DNA of 64,000 nt from Zygnema circumcarinatum SAG 698-1b (taxonomy: Eukaryota; Plantae; Zygnematophyceae): the NCBI GenBank assembly GCA_037447605.1, contig CM074804.1:6673909-6737908 (forward strand). Direction: 5' to 3'. The notes under the pieces are model-generated. The model made no database searches, had not been told where the DNA came from, and saw nothing but the letters and a program-made list of their open reading frames with translations. Position numbers and translations under genes: made by a program. Positions 1 to 20,236 of this stretch are shown one piece after another; position 1 is the first letter of the stretch, and the number at the start of each line of letters is the position of its first letter.

Positions 1-2692
1 TGGAGTATTCGCACCACTTCCAGAGAAACGTACATCGCCAGAGGAATGAGGTATCCATACAGAATGAAGCTTGTTAACAACGAAAGGATGAATACTGTTC
101 CTGGAGAATCGGGAGCGTACAATTCGTCATACCGATACGGTTCTAGATAGTACATGGACCCTTCCACTGTGGAGCAAAGTACGGCCAGGGAAATCGCGTT
201 GATAAGAGAAATGATGATAAGGAGGAGAAACATGAGCCAAATGATGGTGTCAAGTTTGCGGTCCATTCGCGATCGCTTTGTTCTCGGCTCCGAGCCATTC
301 TGCGCCGACTTTGTGTCGGGGCCCGTGTAGATAGCGGCGCCGACAACGAAGTCGGTATTCTGGGCAAGGGGTCATAAACGGAGATAGTTTTAGGTTCTTT
401 TATCATTTGCAGACATCGACTCAGAATTTCTTCAACCGGAATTGAACGACGTCTTACGTGAGGCAATCATCAGAACTGACGAGGTAACCAAACGACCAGC
501 CAAAGCTTGGAGGCAAAAGGAAGAGTTTTTTTTGCCGTGAGGATCTCAAAATCTCCTTTTCCTCTCGCATGAGCCATAGCAATCAATGCGGCAAAACCCG
601 TTCACGCCATACAGAAAGCAAGGGAGACAGTGCAGGGATATGGAACAGTGCTGGGCTCCATTCAACAACGTGCCAGCACATGAATAGAATGAATGCTTGT
701 AGCCTTTCCTCCACAAAAGAACTCAAACGTGTCTCTGTTTCTATCAGATTCGAATAAATGCCTTTCCTGTGTGCACCTTTCTTGAAGACACACTTTGCTT
801 ACGCAAAGTTCTGCGTTGGTCTGACGTACCTGTAAGCTCGAATCGCGGAGAAGCAACTGAAGAGGACCAAGCGATACAGGCACGTCTTTGAGCTCCAAGT
901 TTCCCGTGAAGGTGTACAGCGATGCGTTGGGAGCTTCGCAGGAGACTTTCGCTGTGAACCCATCCACGTAAATCGTTTGGTCTTCTCCGGCAATTTCCGC
1001 TGTCTCATTCAGTGCTTGGCGTACCTGGCAGTGAGCTTATTGTTGTTGAGTTATTTTTGTTCAGAGTTACAGTCAGGGAGGAGGGCATGACTGAAGGCAA
1101 TTGCAGCCCTGTGTTGATGAAGTGCAGGGGAGATTGTATTGAGCTTGTAAGAAAGCCTCAAAGCACAGTCATGTTGCTGAACGTCAGGCTTACCTTCAGG
1201 TTTGTTTCCCCGTCAAGGTTCTTAGTCTCCACATAGCAAACTCCCCCTGCTCCGCTCGAATACAGAAGAAGAATATCTGAAGGGAAATACTCCCCTTCCG
1301 AAATTTTAACAATGTCCCCAACTTGCACGTCACGCCACTGTCGTTTCGTAATGGTTCCCTGTGGATTGTAAACAAAGACTTCCCTTGCATTTACCTGAAA
1401 ATTGCTCCAACAAGCCATGCCAATCTCTGTGGTCAGCATTTGCCAGTTATGCTCAGAGCTTGAATCCAAGTCACGCATGGCCAATCACCTCATGCAAGTG
1501 CACCGACACTGACAACAACTACATTGCTTGCGCGTATTGCATTGCAACAATCCTCCGTCCCAGTCCTCACCTCCTTATCTGCCGCCGCCCTCGTTGCGTC
1601 TTCAATGTATTCGCGCGAGAGCGCCACCGCGATCACAAAGACGAGGGGGCCGACGACGCTGATGGGGCTGTACGGACTGATGGGAGTCAGGCTGAGAACT
1701 GCCATGAAGGTGAAGTACCAGTAGCCGGCACGCCGGTATTGTTCATACAAAGCCTTGGGAAGGAAATTCAATGAAGTGTATTTTGTGCTTGTGATCACAT
1801 TGCTGCAGTACCTGAATTTCCACCGTCCAAGGAGAAGTGGAAAGGTTGTCGGATCTAAGCTTGATTTGAAAGTGGAACAGGGAACATCAGAATAGTGTAT
1901 GGGACATGAAGCTGGAAAGAGAGTAGAGCCTCATTGAGATCCATTTGCAAGTAGGGCGAAGTAAGTTCTATGTCAGGTTTCAACTGCTACTGATTGCGAT
2001 TTGAAAAAAGCCTAAAAGAAACTCCCTGTTCAAGATTCATTTTTTTTGTCATAAAAATATTAGAAAAATAGGAAAAAACATGGACAATAAATAGTTTATG
2101 CTCTTCATTAGAAGCACTACCGTACTTCAAAATCATTCATTCAGCTCAAGTACGCTCCCTAAACAGCGATAAAGTTGTTCCAGTTTTTTTGTTAAGCTAC
2201 ACGCCTTTGCCAGTCAATGTAGGCTTGAGATTAGAATCCTTAATTTTCCCTGGTCGTATTCGTTAACATACAAGTCTCTCGGAGACGCACCCGTTGCGGC
2301 AATACGAGTTAAGCGACACATTTAAGTGCCTTACTTTTGGTTTCATTTCTTTAGTATGCAGTCCAGTCAGAGATACACATTTTATAATGTAACCATTGAC
2401 ATCCATAAATGTCGCCTTTACACTGAATCCTCAACAGAGCAGTGGAAGCTTACCTGAACTGCTCATTGAGCTCCCTCTGATTGCAGAAGACCAAGCGCTT
2501 CTCCATTCCTCCAAGTTGGCCCTGCGAATCCGCCTTACGCCCTGCCAGCAAAGAGCTCCGCCATGGTGCCATCTGGCGAAGCATCTCCCGCAGCTTCTGG
2601 CTCGCCTTCGAGGCGACCATCTTTCCCTTCTCCATCACCATGCGGGCAGCTTTTGGCTCTGATGAAGAAGCATCGCCCTGGGAGCCCCCCAT
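1..2692 (-). CDS. ALA: P4-type ATPase (aminophospholipid flippase, ALA family), 5' part; gene runs off the left edge
   Basis: Exons 2692-2454, 1811-1571, 1394-1194, 1024-830 and 359-<1, all GT-AG and phase-consistent. Motifs: [78 protein letters not shown]. The start ATG (2692) is inferred. Confidence 0.93.
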
Positions 2693-2994
2693 CAGACCCG
2701 GAGAACGCTTCAAGTTTAGAGCACCTCGCAGATGGTAGCGGCAGAGCTCACAAGGAAGCTTGAAATGCCTTCTACTTCTCCGTTATAAACGCGTGGCGCC
2801 AGCGGGTTTTACTGACTGTGAGCTCGTAGTACTCCATCGACGGGAAATAGTCTCCAGGTCGCGGCTTCAGCTTCTGCTGCTGCCCCTTACTCACGTTCTA
2901 CCTTCCAATGGCGCCTTTCTCTACGCAGCTGCCTCCGTCAGATAAACTGCTTTGGATGCAAGACCCGTCCCTCTGGAGTCCTCACCGCCGCCAT

Positions 2995-3044
2995 GGAGAG
3001 GGAGGGAGGGAGGGAGGGAGGGAGGGAGAGAGGGAGAGAGGGAG
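2995..3044. repeat. (GGGA/GA)n microsatellite upstream of the P4-ATPase start
   Basis: Directly visible ggagggaggg run; pyrimidine-rich on the ALA sense strand. Confidence 0.9.
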
Positions 3045-3767
3045 ACAAAGCCAGCCGGCTCCTGCCCCTCCCTGACTGAGGCCGCGGAGCGAAGCTGCCG
3101 CCACGCGGCGCATCCTGAGTGGCTGGCGGGCCGAAAGCTCCGGACGGGCTCGCAGGTGGCGCCACGTGGACGGGCCAATGTCGGCTTTTTTGCTTGGAAA
3201 TTGGTCCACAGTGGCAGGGTCCAGTCGCGGGCAGGATCCACCGACTCCTCGTGGTCTTAAGCGAGGAGATTTAGCCAATACGAAACCGCCACGTCTTTGT
3301 ATTTGCCAACGTAACAAGCTACCATTGGTCTCCGCCTAGCGGGCTGGTTTCTTGGAGATCCACTCGAAATCAACATTCGGATCAGCCTGCAGGAACTGCC
3401 TTCCGCGCGCGCGCGTACTTGTCGGCTTCTGCCCTATTTGTGTACGAACCAAGTGCTGTTCTGTACACCTTTTTTGACGTTTGTGAGAGCCTCCAGCGAA
3501 TAGAAAACGGAAACGACACGCGTAACCGCCTACGTTGGTGATGCCACGTCATACGACCCATGGAACTGAGTTGCGTAATTGTAACGGGTCTTGCGCTCTG
3601 TAGAAAGCAAGGTCACATGCGCGAAAAGCGTGGAACTGGGTGACGTTCGCACATGTGTCGGCCCGATCAGCGGCTGCCACGTGTCGCGCACCCCCAAGGA
3701 GGCCCCTCCCCTCGGCGCGCTGGCTGGGTCGCGTGCCTGCTGGAAGCGGTGAAGGGGAGGGACGGCC

Positions 3768-6351
3768 ATGGCTGCCTGGGGAGCGAAGGGCGCGGTTGAG
3801 GGCTGCAGGCGCCTCCTGCCCTCTCTGTCGAGGGGCTCAGGTGAGGGGCCCTGCGGGCATGGCAGCCGCGTGCTTTGCATGAGCGCTGGACACGAGGCGG
3901 CTAGAAGCATGCAGCAAATGTGTCTATGGTCTTGATGCACTTCTGAAAGAAAGTTGAAGCGTTTTTCCTTTGGACGGATATCAGATATTCTCTTTTTTTT
4001 CTCTGTAAACTGGTCAATCTAGGGCGACGCATGTGCTTCATTTGAGCTGCCGTGTAGATGTTGTACCATGAACATGGTGGTCCCTGAAGCTAAGGAATAA
4101 GGTCTTCTCCCGTTGCAGTTAGCCCAACGGTCTGAAGATATCGAATCACTTATTCGAATGGGATGTTTTACAGTATGTTGAAAGTTGGCGATACCCCTTG
4201 CTCTGTCTAATTTGAGCACCTCGTGAGTTGTTTAAAGCTCCTGTGCTCACTTTTTCCCTGGAAGAAGAATCTACTTTGAAGAAGTAGGTTTTCTGGTGTA
4301 TAGTGATATTTTTTTAGGTTATTTTCTTGTCATGACATTCAAGGGTCGGCCAATTCGAAGATAGTTTCAACGATCAACCTTTTCAAGGTTGCACTTTGGG
4401 TTTTGTTTTGACATTGGCAACACTTATTTGTCTATGCTCACTTGCTGTTGGTCTCCTTATGTCTGCTGCCAATTGCGTTGCCTTACTTCTGACATACTCG
4501 TCTGTTTGAAAAACCATTGAAAACGTTGGCCACACGTTTCCCATGAAAAATGTTCTCTTGCCCATGTCTGCATGCAGTCACCCCTCGCCTGGTAGGCTTC
4601 AGTGCTACCAGGTGGCATTCAAACAAACCTGAAGAGTCTCCAGGTTCACATGATGATTTCAAGCCAAGATTCCATGCACCTCAAGACGTCCTGTCAGTGC
4701 ACGAACAAATTGAGAAGGTATATCTCGGTTCGTTTTTTCGTTTTTTTGTATCCGTTACAGTTGTTTAGTAGTCACATCATTGATCCACGTATCCTATGTT
4801 CAAGCCATTCTTATTCCGTTGGCTGATTGCTATCCGCAGTCATTTTAATGAGTTATGTTTGCTCCCTGTTTGTCTCGTAACTCTGCGTTTTCCCCCGCTT
4901 CATATGGCCTGTTCGTTGTCAGGATATAAAAGAGAACCCTGTCGTCGTTTACATGAAGGGTGTTCCTGAGGCTCCGCAGTGCGGATTTAGCAATATGGTT
5001 GTGAGAATTTTCGATCATTATGGTGAGTGAAACGATTCTCCACTGCTGCATGCTCTGAGAAGTCACTTTTTTTATATAGTCTTCAGCATCTTGTATTCTC
5101 GATTTGCAGGTAGCTGGACTATGGGCACTATTACAGATTGACAGAGTACTTCCATTAGAAGTCATTTCTCTAAAGAGTCCACTGCAAAGCAAGTTATATG
5201 TCCCAATAAAGCATACAACTAGTACAAATGAAACATCGGTGCTGGAGAATCGGCGCTATGGCATGGATGTTCATGGATAAACTATGCTTACTATTCTACT
5301 TTGCATGCCGTCGGTGACTGGGTAAGGTTCAGTTGAGGTTATTAAAGGGCGCTCAAGGGAAATTGCGCTTTTGGATAGTACGTTATGACTAAGGCCGGTG
5401 TATGGTTATGTTCTTCAAGGACTGTGTGCGGAAAATGTCGGTTTGTGCATATTCAACACTTAATGTTCACGATACTGGAGACCATTTTTGAAGCAATGAC
5501 TGCTAACTGTGTATTGAGAAATCACTCAGCTTATTCAATGATTATCTTCAGTTACCTTCAGACAAAGTCAATGTAAAACTGGGGTAACCTAAGTAAGAAC
5601 GGAGTAAGTGGGGATAGGATGTACATGTTTTGGATTCTATTGCACTTGCATCAATTTTACCGCCAGACGCAAAATTGATCGACGCCGTTTGTCTTCTATC
5701 CAGATAACTTTTCTCCCCCTCCTATTGTTTCCTTTTTTCCCCTTAACATTGTTTGCTGTCTGGAGGGGTTGGAGTAGGTGTAAACTACAAGGCAAAGAAT
5801 GTGCTAGAGGATCCCGAACTTCGACAGGGCATTAAGACATACAGGTAATGGAGGGCAAATAAGTTGTATTGGATGATTCCTCAAGGAACTGATTATCGTC
5901 GCTGCAATGACCGTGTTCGACTGGTGCTGGAAAGGCTATGAGAGGCTATGAGAGGCTATGAGACACATTCTCGTTGTTAGAGCCTTCCATGCATTAACCT
6001 ATACTTTCGGCATGGGGATGAAATTTTGGGGTCCTGCAGTCAATGGCCGACTATTCCTCAAGTATATATCAATGGCGAGTTTGTGGGTGGCTGCGATATC
6101 ATTATGAACATGCAAAAGGTCGGTAAATCTTGAAGCCTTTATCATAGAGACTGGTGGCAATGGCTCTGTGCATTAGTACAGTTCGGTGCCGCCTGATGTA
6201 CAAGTCTCTCGCGACGAGTGAGGAGGAGCCTTTGCTCTTACAGACTTGCAATAGCAGTAATTTGTTTTGGGCTGTTCTCTGTTGGCAGACAGGAGAGCTC
6301 CAGAACAAGTTGGAGAAGATTCAAGGGCAAGCAGAGGGCTCTTCACAATGA
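3768..6351 (+). CDS. GRXS15: Mitochondrial monothiol glutaredoxin (CGFS type, Grx5/GRXS15-like)
   Basis: Exons 3768-3840, 4578-4717, 4923-5022, 5778-5844, 6040-6118 and 6289-6351. Transit-peptide-like N-terminus, then [45 protein letters not shown]. Confidence 0.95.
5933..5962. repeat. 3 x 10-bp tandem repeat AGGCTATGAG in a GRX intron
   Basis: Three exact consecutive copies. Confidence 0.85.
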
Positions 6352-7148
6352 CGTCCCGCGGGGTATGAAATGGGTCTGGTCGCAGGCCAAGTAGATATAG
6401 CTCCAAGGTAGTGCAAAGGCGGGAATAACGTGTCTAGATATAGGGATTGTCAGTAGCAGCGGTGGAGGGTTGGGTGCACAGCGCATGTAAAGTTCTTCAG
6501 TTGCATTACGCTTTGAGTGGAGCATGCGATTACTGTGCATGCATTGTGGAAGGATGAATATTATGTTGTGTACTTAGCCGTCGTTTTGTGTTTTGGGAAT
6601 GCTGTTTTTGTCAATGATGGTCTTGGAGAAGCTCCGTGATTGCAGATGGAGTGGTGTAAGTATCTGGACGTGGGTTCGAAGCTGTGGACCATCATGGTGA
6701 ATGCTTAATGTGGAAATGAGTACATCCTTGACGCTGGAGCAAGGCGTATTCATGAATTAGCCACAATCCTGTTGAACTCGCCCTGCATCATTAAACCCAG
6801 CATGATTTCTCATTCCAGTTTCTTTTGTACTCGTACGCACATAGGATACAAGATGAATGAACGCAATTCCATTGGGCACAGGGCCCTGCAGTTGCCTCTC
6901 GCAGATCTGTCGCAAAGACAGAGGGCGGTCCCCGAGGTCGTATCAGACTGACACTTTAGCAGGACTTGCGACGCCTGAATGCATTCTGTACCCCGGGCTG
7001 AACCGTTGGATCAGCCATTGGCAGACAACCACAGCCAATGGTTGGAACCATTGAATTGCATACGTAGCCAACCACTATCTCAATGGTTCGCGCGGTCGTG
7101 TTTGAACCAGCCAACCATTGCCGCTTGTTGAAGCATTGAATTCCATTA

Positions 7149-7305
7149 GGGGGTGTCAGACTTAAAAAATTTCAGTACGCGTGTTCGTAAGTTTGACATC
7201 AGAACGAGTACTTCAGTATAATAACGATCCTCATGTGGCGGAGTACTTTCGTAACCTTTTTTTTCGTAACGCTTTTCGTAAGATTTTGTTAAGTCTGACA
7301 CCCCC
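7149..7305. mobile_element. 157-bp MITE-like element
   Basis: Perfect 17-bp TIR GGGGGTGTCAGACTTAA (7149-7165; 7289-7305) flanked by TA on both sides. TTCGTAA motif repeated internally. Superfamily is uncertain: TA TSD (Tc1/mariner) or a TAGGGG-ended hAT that has lost its TSD. Confidence 0.8.
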
Positions 7306-8172
7306 TATTGCCGATGGTTTGAACCGAAGGTTGGCGAACGTAGCCAGCTACTGTCTAGCCAACTGTTGGCATTCAATGCTAGTGGTCCGACCTACGCTGC
7401 ACTGTAGCGAGCCTTGTCCTGGGCGAGTGCCCCAGCTAGCGGAGGGAGGGCCGCTGACTCGCTGCGCTGCGGGGGCCCTTCCGATGGACGACGCTCTGTG
7501 AACGCTCGCTCGGACAGACGTGGATTTTGTCCATATAGCTTGTCCATCAGTGCCGATGGCGCCGTAGGTCAAGCCCCGCCCCCCCGGCCCTGCGACCGTT
7601 GCGCTTCCTGAACGTGGAGCAAAATGGAATGGGCATGGAACGACGGCAGACGGCGCCATGCCCATGCCCATGCGCATGCCCCCATGGTATCCATGGACGA
7701 GCCATGGACTGCCCGCAGCGTCGCCCACCGCTGCGACGCGATCAGCGCCCATTCAATTAATTCCTTTTGTCCCCATTCCGCTCCCAAGTCCCAAACCGCT
7801 AATAAACGCGCGGTAGCGCCAAAAGTCCTCCCCGCGGTCCGCGAGCGACTGATTATTTATTGCACGCCCGGGCCGAGGTTTTATTTGCCTGACCGGGGAC
7901 ACCGGGCAGCGGGGACGACGGCGGGCAGCTGGCGACTGCCGCCGTCAGTTGGGCGACTAACTGTTCGCAGCAACCGCAGCCGTCGATTCCCCACTCGCTG
8001 CCGATCGACGGCTCCCAGCGAGCAGACTGGAAGTACCGGTATTAGCGGTCTGCGGGCAGAGGCGCTAGGCCGGGCAAATCGCAAGCGCGGCGGTTGATAA
8101 CGACAAAAAAGATGTACCTTTCAGAGGCCTTGTGACCATCCCTTGTCGCTTGCCGGCGGAGCCGTAGCCTCT

Positions 8173-8223
8173 CTCCCTCCCTCCCTCCCTCCCTCCCTCC
8201 CTCCCTCCCTCCCTCCCTCCCCT
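8173..8223 (+). repeat. (CCCT)n microsatellite upstream of the GH5 gene
   Basis: About 12 tandem CCCT units directly visible. Confidence 0.9.
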
Positions 8224-8466
8224 CGCGCCATCTCTCGCGGTCCCTCGTCTCTCTCTCTCGCTCTCAGAGGAGGCTCCTTCAGGTGTCACGTGGCGCGTGG
8301 TGTTCTTTATCAAGGTGAATTTATCGAGCGGCATTGCGGCGTAGGGGTGCGGCCAAGCAAGAGCTTGCCGCGTGGCGTTCGCAGAGGTGCTCTGGAGGGA
8401 GTGAGGAGAGCCGGCCAGGTGGAGGGCTTCCCTTAGTCCCTCTCGCAGAGAGCTAGACTTTCAGTC

Positions 8467-15653
<7,187 letters not shown>

Positions 15654-16288
15654 TGGCTGCCTCTCTTTCTTTAAGGGGTTGGGGGTGGGAGGGGGGGAGG
15701 GTGGGAGGTAGAGCGGTGTGAAGGAGAGGGGGGGGGGGGAGGGGAGACAAGCATAGGTAGGGCGAGGGGCGGAGGGAGGCGTTCTGTTGACCTGTACCTG
15801 TTTCATTTTTTTTGTATCGTGTAAAAACAGTTAGCTTAGGCCGATTCTCTCTAGAATTGTGGAGGAGAGATTGACAGTGGTGATTATAGTGTCATCAATA
15901 CTGTTAATACCTTCTCCACCAAGAATAAGCAAGATTTTCCTCTGAAGCTTAATTTTTTAACATTCGTGCATATCCGTTTTGTTGCGAATTCTGAAGAAGA
16001 ACTGCGCTGGCACATTCTTCTTGCATTCATGTCAAAGCAATATTTCACACGCAATAAAACAATGTCGCTGTTACGATCATCGCAGACAAGATCTCATATG
16101 TAACCGTTGTATCCGTTGTAATTTTTACATTTAAGGAAAACGTACATTCTCATGATTGAAAGCAATCCCTCTACAAAAGCTCAACCCTAGCGCAGCTGAC
16201 TATCGACGGGGCTACCTTCAAGTCGAGAACATGGAACTCCGCCGGAGCTGCAAAGCCCATCACGCCGCACACTTCCTCACACGCGCCT

Positions 16289-19200
16289 TCAGAAATTAAC
16301 GCAGTCAATCTGTTGAATATTGGGAAGTAAAACGCGCAGCTTGTGCACATATTGGGGAACATTTGTCTGCACAGAAAATCAGTGAAGTGAGAAATAGCAT
16401 TGATCTCACGATGGCAAGGCCATCAATCAGTTGGTTGACCAAAGCTTGTCGTAAAAAAGCTCAAGAAGAATGGAGAAGCCACACACAGCCTCGCCGAAGG
16501 AAACATGAATTTGCGAGTGCACGTGTCGAGGTTCTGCGCATACTAAGGGAGCAGCGCATGACCAGAAATCCCAAGCTGTGATGCTTAGGATCAGGATCAT
16601 CCCAGTATATCTGTCTCAGCCAATGGGAACACTGCATGGTTTGAGCAGAACTCACACAAGGGTTTCTTTCAAGGTACAGCGTTGTCAATGAATTCTTCGG
16701 TCCAGCTAACGCTGCCTCCAGGCCTTCTAAAGAGGCGACAAGGTTATCGTTCAGCCATAGGTCTTCCAATCTGAAAGATCCGCCCACAAAAAGAACAGAC
16801 TACGATGATATGTCCCCTTTTTTCAGTACAGAATAGTCTCTACTAACGGTGGGGACTTCGCAGACAATTCTGTTTTCTTTACTAGGACTAGCAAAGAAAA
16901 AAACAGACAGCAAAAGCAGGTTACACGCAGGCAACCCAAGGTGCACAATGCAGTCCCTTGTTACAACACAGTACCTTTCTCGCTTTAGAGAGGTTGGAAC
17001 CACCAAAAGAAACAAAAGCAAAGTACCAAAATTTGCAAGATACCCCACTCAGAAACCCAATAACCCGCTCTTTTTATTGGCAGCCAGAATGATAGATATT
17101 TAGCACACACACACACACAGAGAACCGCACAGCACAGCAAAAACATAGCTGGACTAGGACAAGGAACACCACTTCCATATCATCAACAATACCTTTTTTT
17201 GCTTACGAAAAAAGCAGACTTCGTATGCTATACTACGAGTGCACTTGAAGTTCTCGTACCTTGTCAGGGGTTCGAGATTTTGAATGACAGAAATTCGATT
17301 CGATGCCAAGTCAAGCACACGGAGATTCGTTAACGGCTCGAGGCCCTCCATGACACTGATTCCGTTATGACTCAGGTATAACTCCTCCACCAATCTGCAT
17401 GCCTACCGGTAGTGCAGTTCGCACGAGCAAATTTTCACACATCCAAAGAGGTCAGAAGAACGAAAAACATGGTAAGAAGGTGATTAGGGGAGAACACGGA
17501 AAGGAGCTAAAATCGATTAGTCAACCTAGAATTAGCCTCGACCAGACTTCATTGACGATGGATAATGAGCACCAGGTTTGACGTGGTGGATATACAGAAG
17601 ATCTATAGTAGGATGGTTACTGATCAAAATAAAACATGTTGTAGCCACTATGATGCTGTTCCTGCTGCCATCTATTCTATCCACAATTGCTTTCATGCGA
17701 CACATAATTGCAGCAATCTGGGATTCTATACAGAACAGCCTCCACCTTCCAGCAAATCACACAGAGAAAATAAACCCCACTTACTTCACGCTAGACAGAA
17801 ATTTTTAGATGAGTGTAATCGCACCTGAAACCCGAGCATTGATGTCAAGCGATTGCTCTGTATGCTAATCTTGGTCAACGAAGTGAGCCCACAGAGCGCC
17901 ACTTCCCGAATCTTATTGCGCCCCAGCCATAATTCTGAAAGGTTCGTTAGGCGTTCAAGCCCCTCCATAACCTGTGACCCAAACACCATTCCACACTTTG
18001 ACGAGTTTTACTTCCACAAGACTTAAGCTAATCCCCACATGTTTCCCAACCCGCTGTGCTGCTATGGTGCCTAGGGCATTAATCCACTTATGCGCTTCTC
18101 CAAGCGTTTGGGTCACAATATTTCCATCCATTCCTTTGCCTAATTGCACATGGAGAAGACAATAGAACTTGAAAGACGTCGAAGCTTCTCTTGATCAATG
18201 CTTCACCTCAGTCGATCAACTCTAAAAGAAGTCAGCATAAGGAGAGATAAGCCTTACTCTAATTTTATTAGATCCCATTTCCAGCAGTCTGAGTTGCGAT
18301 AAATGCGCAAGCTCCTCAATTTGGGTGATCTGATTGTTTGCCAAATAAAGCTCCGTGAGACCAGCGTGAATGTTCGATAGACCAGCCAACGACATAATCT
18401 TATTGTAGGAAACGTCAAAAAGTTTGAGGTTGCAGTAGGGTGCAACCGGAGGAATACAAGTCAGTTGATTGTCACGTAACACCAGCTCCTGCCAAGGGTC
18501 ACAACCTTGCCAGGTTTCATTAGACTGGCAATTGAGAGTAGATAAGGTATATGCAGCACATGGAAGGAAAAAACGACATATTCTTAAAAAAGGTAATTGA
18601 TTAACATGCTCCCTACCATTTAAATATGAAAGTAAATCGATGCAAAACTTCTAAAGCAATGATTCCAGAAAGCAGCATCTGATAAATCCGTGACTTAGCA
18701 CTCTTTGGTACAGCTTTTTTTTTCCTGTCACCGACGCTGGATGTGTCTAATTCAGAGCCAAACCCAGAAGTTACTCTTGTCATTCTCAACTAGAACATAT
18801 TCAGCATGGAAAAATAAATTCTTAAGCTTGACACTACGGCTGCACACGTGGGCTCATTAAGCTTACGACAAGTGAAATTTGGAATCCCCGTCAACGAGTG
18901 ATCGTCAAATTCAACATTTTACTTCTTGCCTTCTCCATCCAAACTGGGTTTTATCCTTGATTGACTAACATTGATGTCAATTTAATTTGATTCGTTGTTT
19001 CCGAAGGGGCTGAAAACGATTGCAAATTAGGATTGAGAATAAAGACAGAAAATAAAATTCGTTCTTTGAAGCACGCTAAACATGGTTTGCTGCAACCTAT
19101 GTAAAGCGTCCCTTTCCACTGACTACAACCAACGACGAAAAATAATTCACAAAAAAGTCCACTCACTTTCCACCCACCTGAAGTGAAGATAAGGACGGCA

Positions 19201-19474
19201 TGCTTGCAATATCTGCAGCTGCTGCATCGCTTATGAGGTTCTGCCGCAGTGAGAGCTTTTGCAGCTGCGACAACTGGCCGAACCTGGGGTCAATCTTGGA
19301 GAGACGGTTGGTTGTGAGATCGAGCTCAGTAAGGGACGGAGGAAGGCTGACAAGCGCGAGGTCCGTGAGCTGATTCCCTGTAAGGTCCATCAGCTTCCCG
19401 TCTTCAGAAACGAATATGGCGTACTCTGGCGGAGCCCTCCCACTCGCGCCATTTCCAGAGGATGCCTTTTCCAT
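16289..19474 (-). CDS. SDS22: PP1 regulatory subunit SDS22/PPP1R7 homolog (LRR protein)
   Basis: Exons 19474-19178, 18488-18258, 17971-17825, 17402-17260, 16770-16656 and 16366-16289. SDS22-type LRRs (LTELDLTTNRL, LEMGSNKIR, ELWLGRNKI, SIQSNRL, EELYLSHNGI, LEDLWLNDN) and LRRcap (LYLERNPC..Y..KLRVLLPNIQQID). Confidence 0.93.
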
Positions 19475-19765
19475 CGTGCGTTGGATGATGCTTTGATTCT
19501 TTCCTGCAAGTTAACCTGCTGAAGGTCAGAGCCACCTCCCGCGCAGCCAGACAACCGCCATTCCACCCCTCTGCACTCCGGTTTGTGCCCCTCAAAGGAA
19601 CCAATCTCGACCCCTTCCCTTGCCCCTTCGCTCCCTGTAGCTGCCAGCGAGTGCAGGACAGTGCTCTTCTGCAAAATGCAGGCAGACCCAGGAAGCACAC
19701 TTTTCTGCCCGTGACATGACCACATAGATACAGTTAAATCGGACTAATTCCAGTACAGTACTGTA

Positions 19766-20236
19766 CAGTGGGGGGTCCTCATATTTTCGCCATGGTATTG
19801 GCCAAAAAGGGGCGAAAATATTGATTTTGCAAATATAAGGTTCGTGTTACCAATAGGCGGGCGGTGTTATGTTAGAGTTCATGTTTGCTCGTACACATCG
19901 TATCGTCTAATACCGTATCGCATCGTTGCGTATCTCAACATATCGTAACGTATCGTTTAGTATCGTATCGTATTGTGCCGTATCGAAGTCAAGATGAAGG
20001 GGAGAGGAGCGAGCGCCTCTTACGGCGGCACGGGCGGGAAGATTCGGTTTGTTTTGCTTAAGCCCGTAACGGCTAGTACAGCAAGTACGAATAGTACGGT
20101 CAGTACGAATAGTACGAATAGTACAAATAGTACGGGTAACACAGAGTTACCGTACAAAAAGGTGGTTTCGGCAAAATCGGGGCGAATTTCTTGGGAGCGC
20201 ACTGTACAGGGTGACAAATATGAGGACCCCCCACTG
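19766..20236. mobile_element. 471-bp non-autonomous Tc1/mariner-type element (MITE)
   Basis: Perfect 21-bp TIR CAGTGGGGGGTCCTCATATTT (19766-19786; 20216-20236) with TA on both flanks (19764-65; 20237-38). Interior carries ATCGT-type and AGTACGAAT tandem repeats; no transposase ORF. Confidence 0.9.

Noticed and set aside
4019-4219. Minus-strand ORF containing RGIANF, reminiscent of a GRXS15 presequence
   Set aside because: It is on the wrong strand and lies in intron 1 of the plus-strand glutaredoxin, which already has a phase-consistent first exon at 3768-3840.
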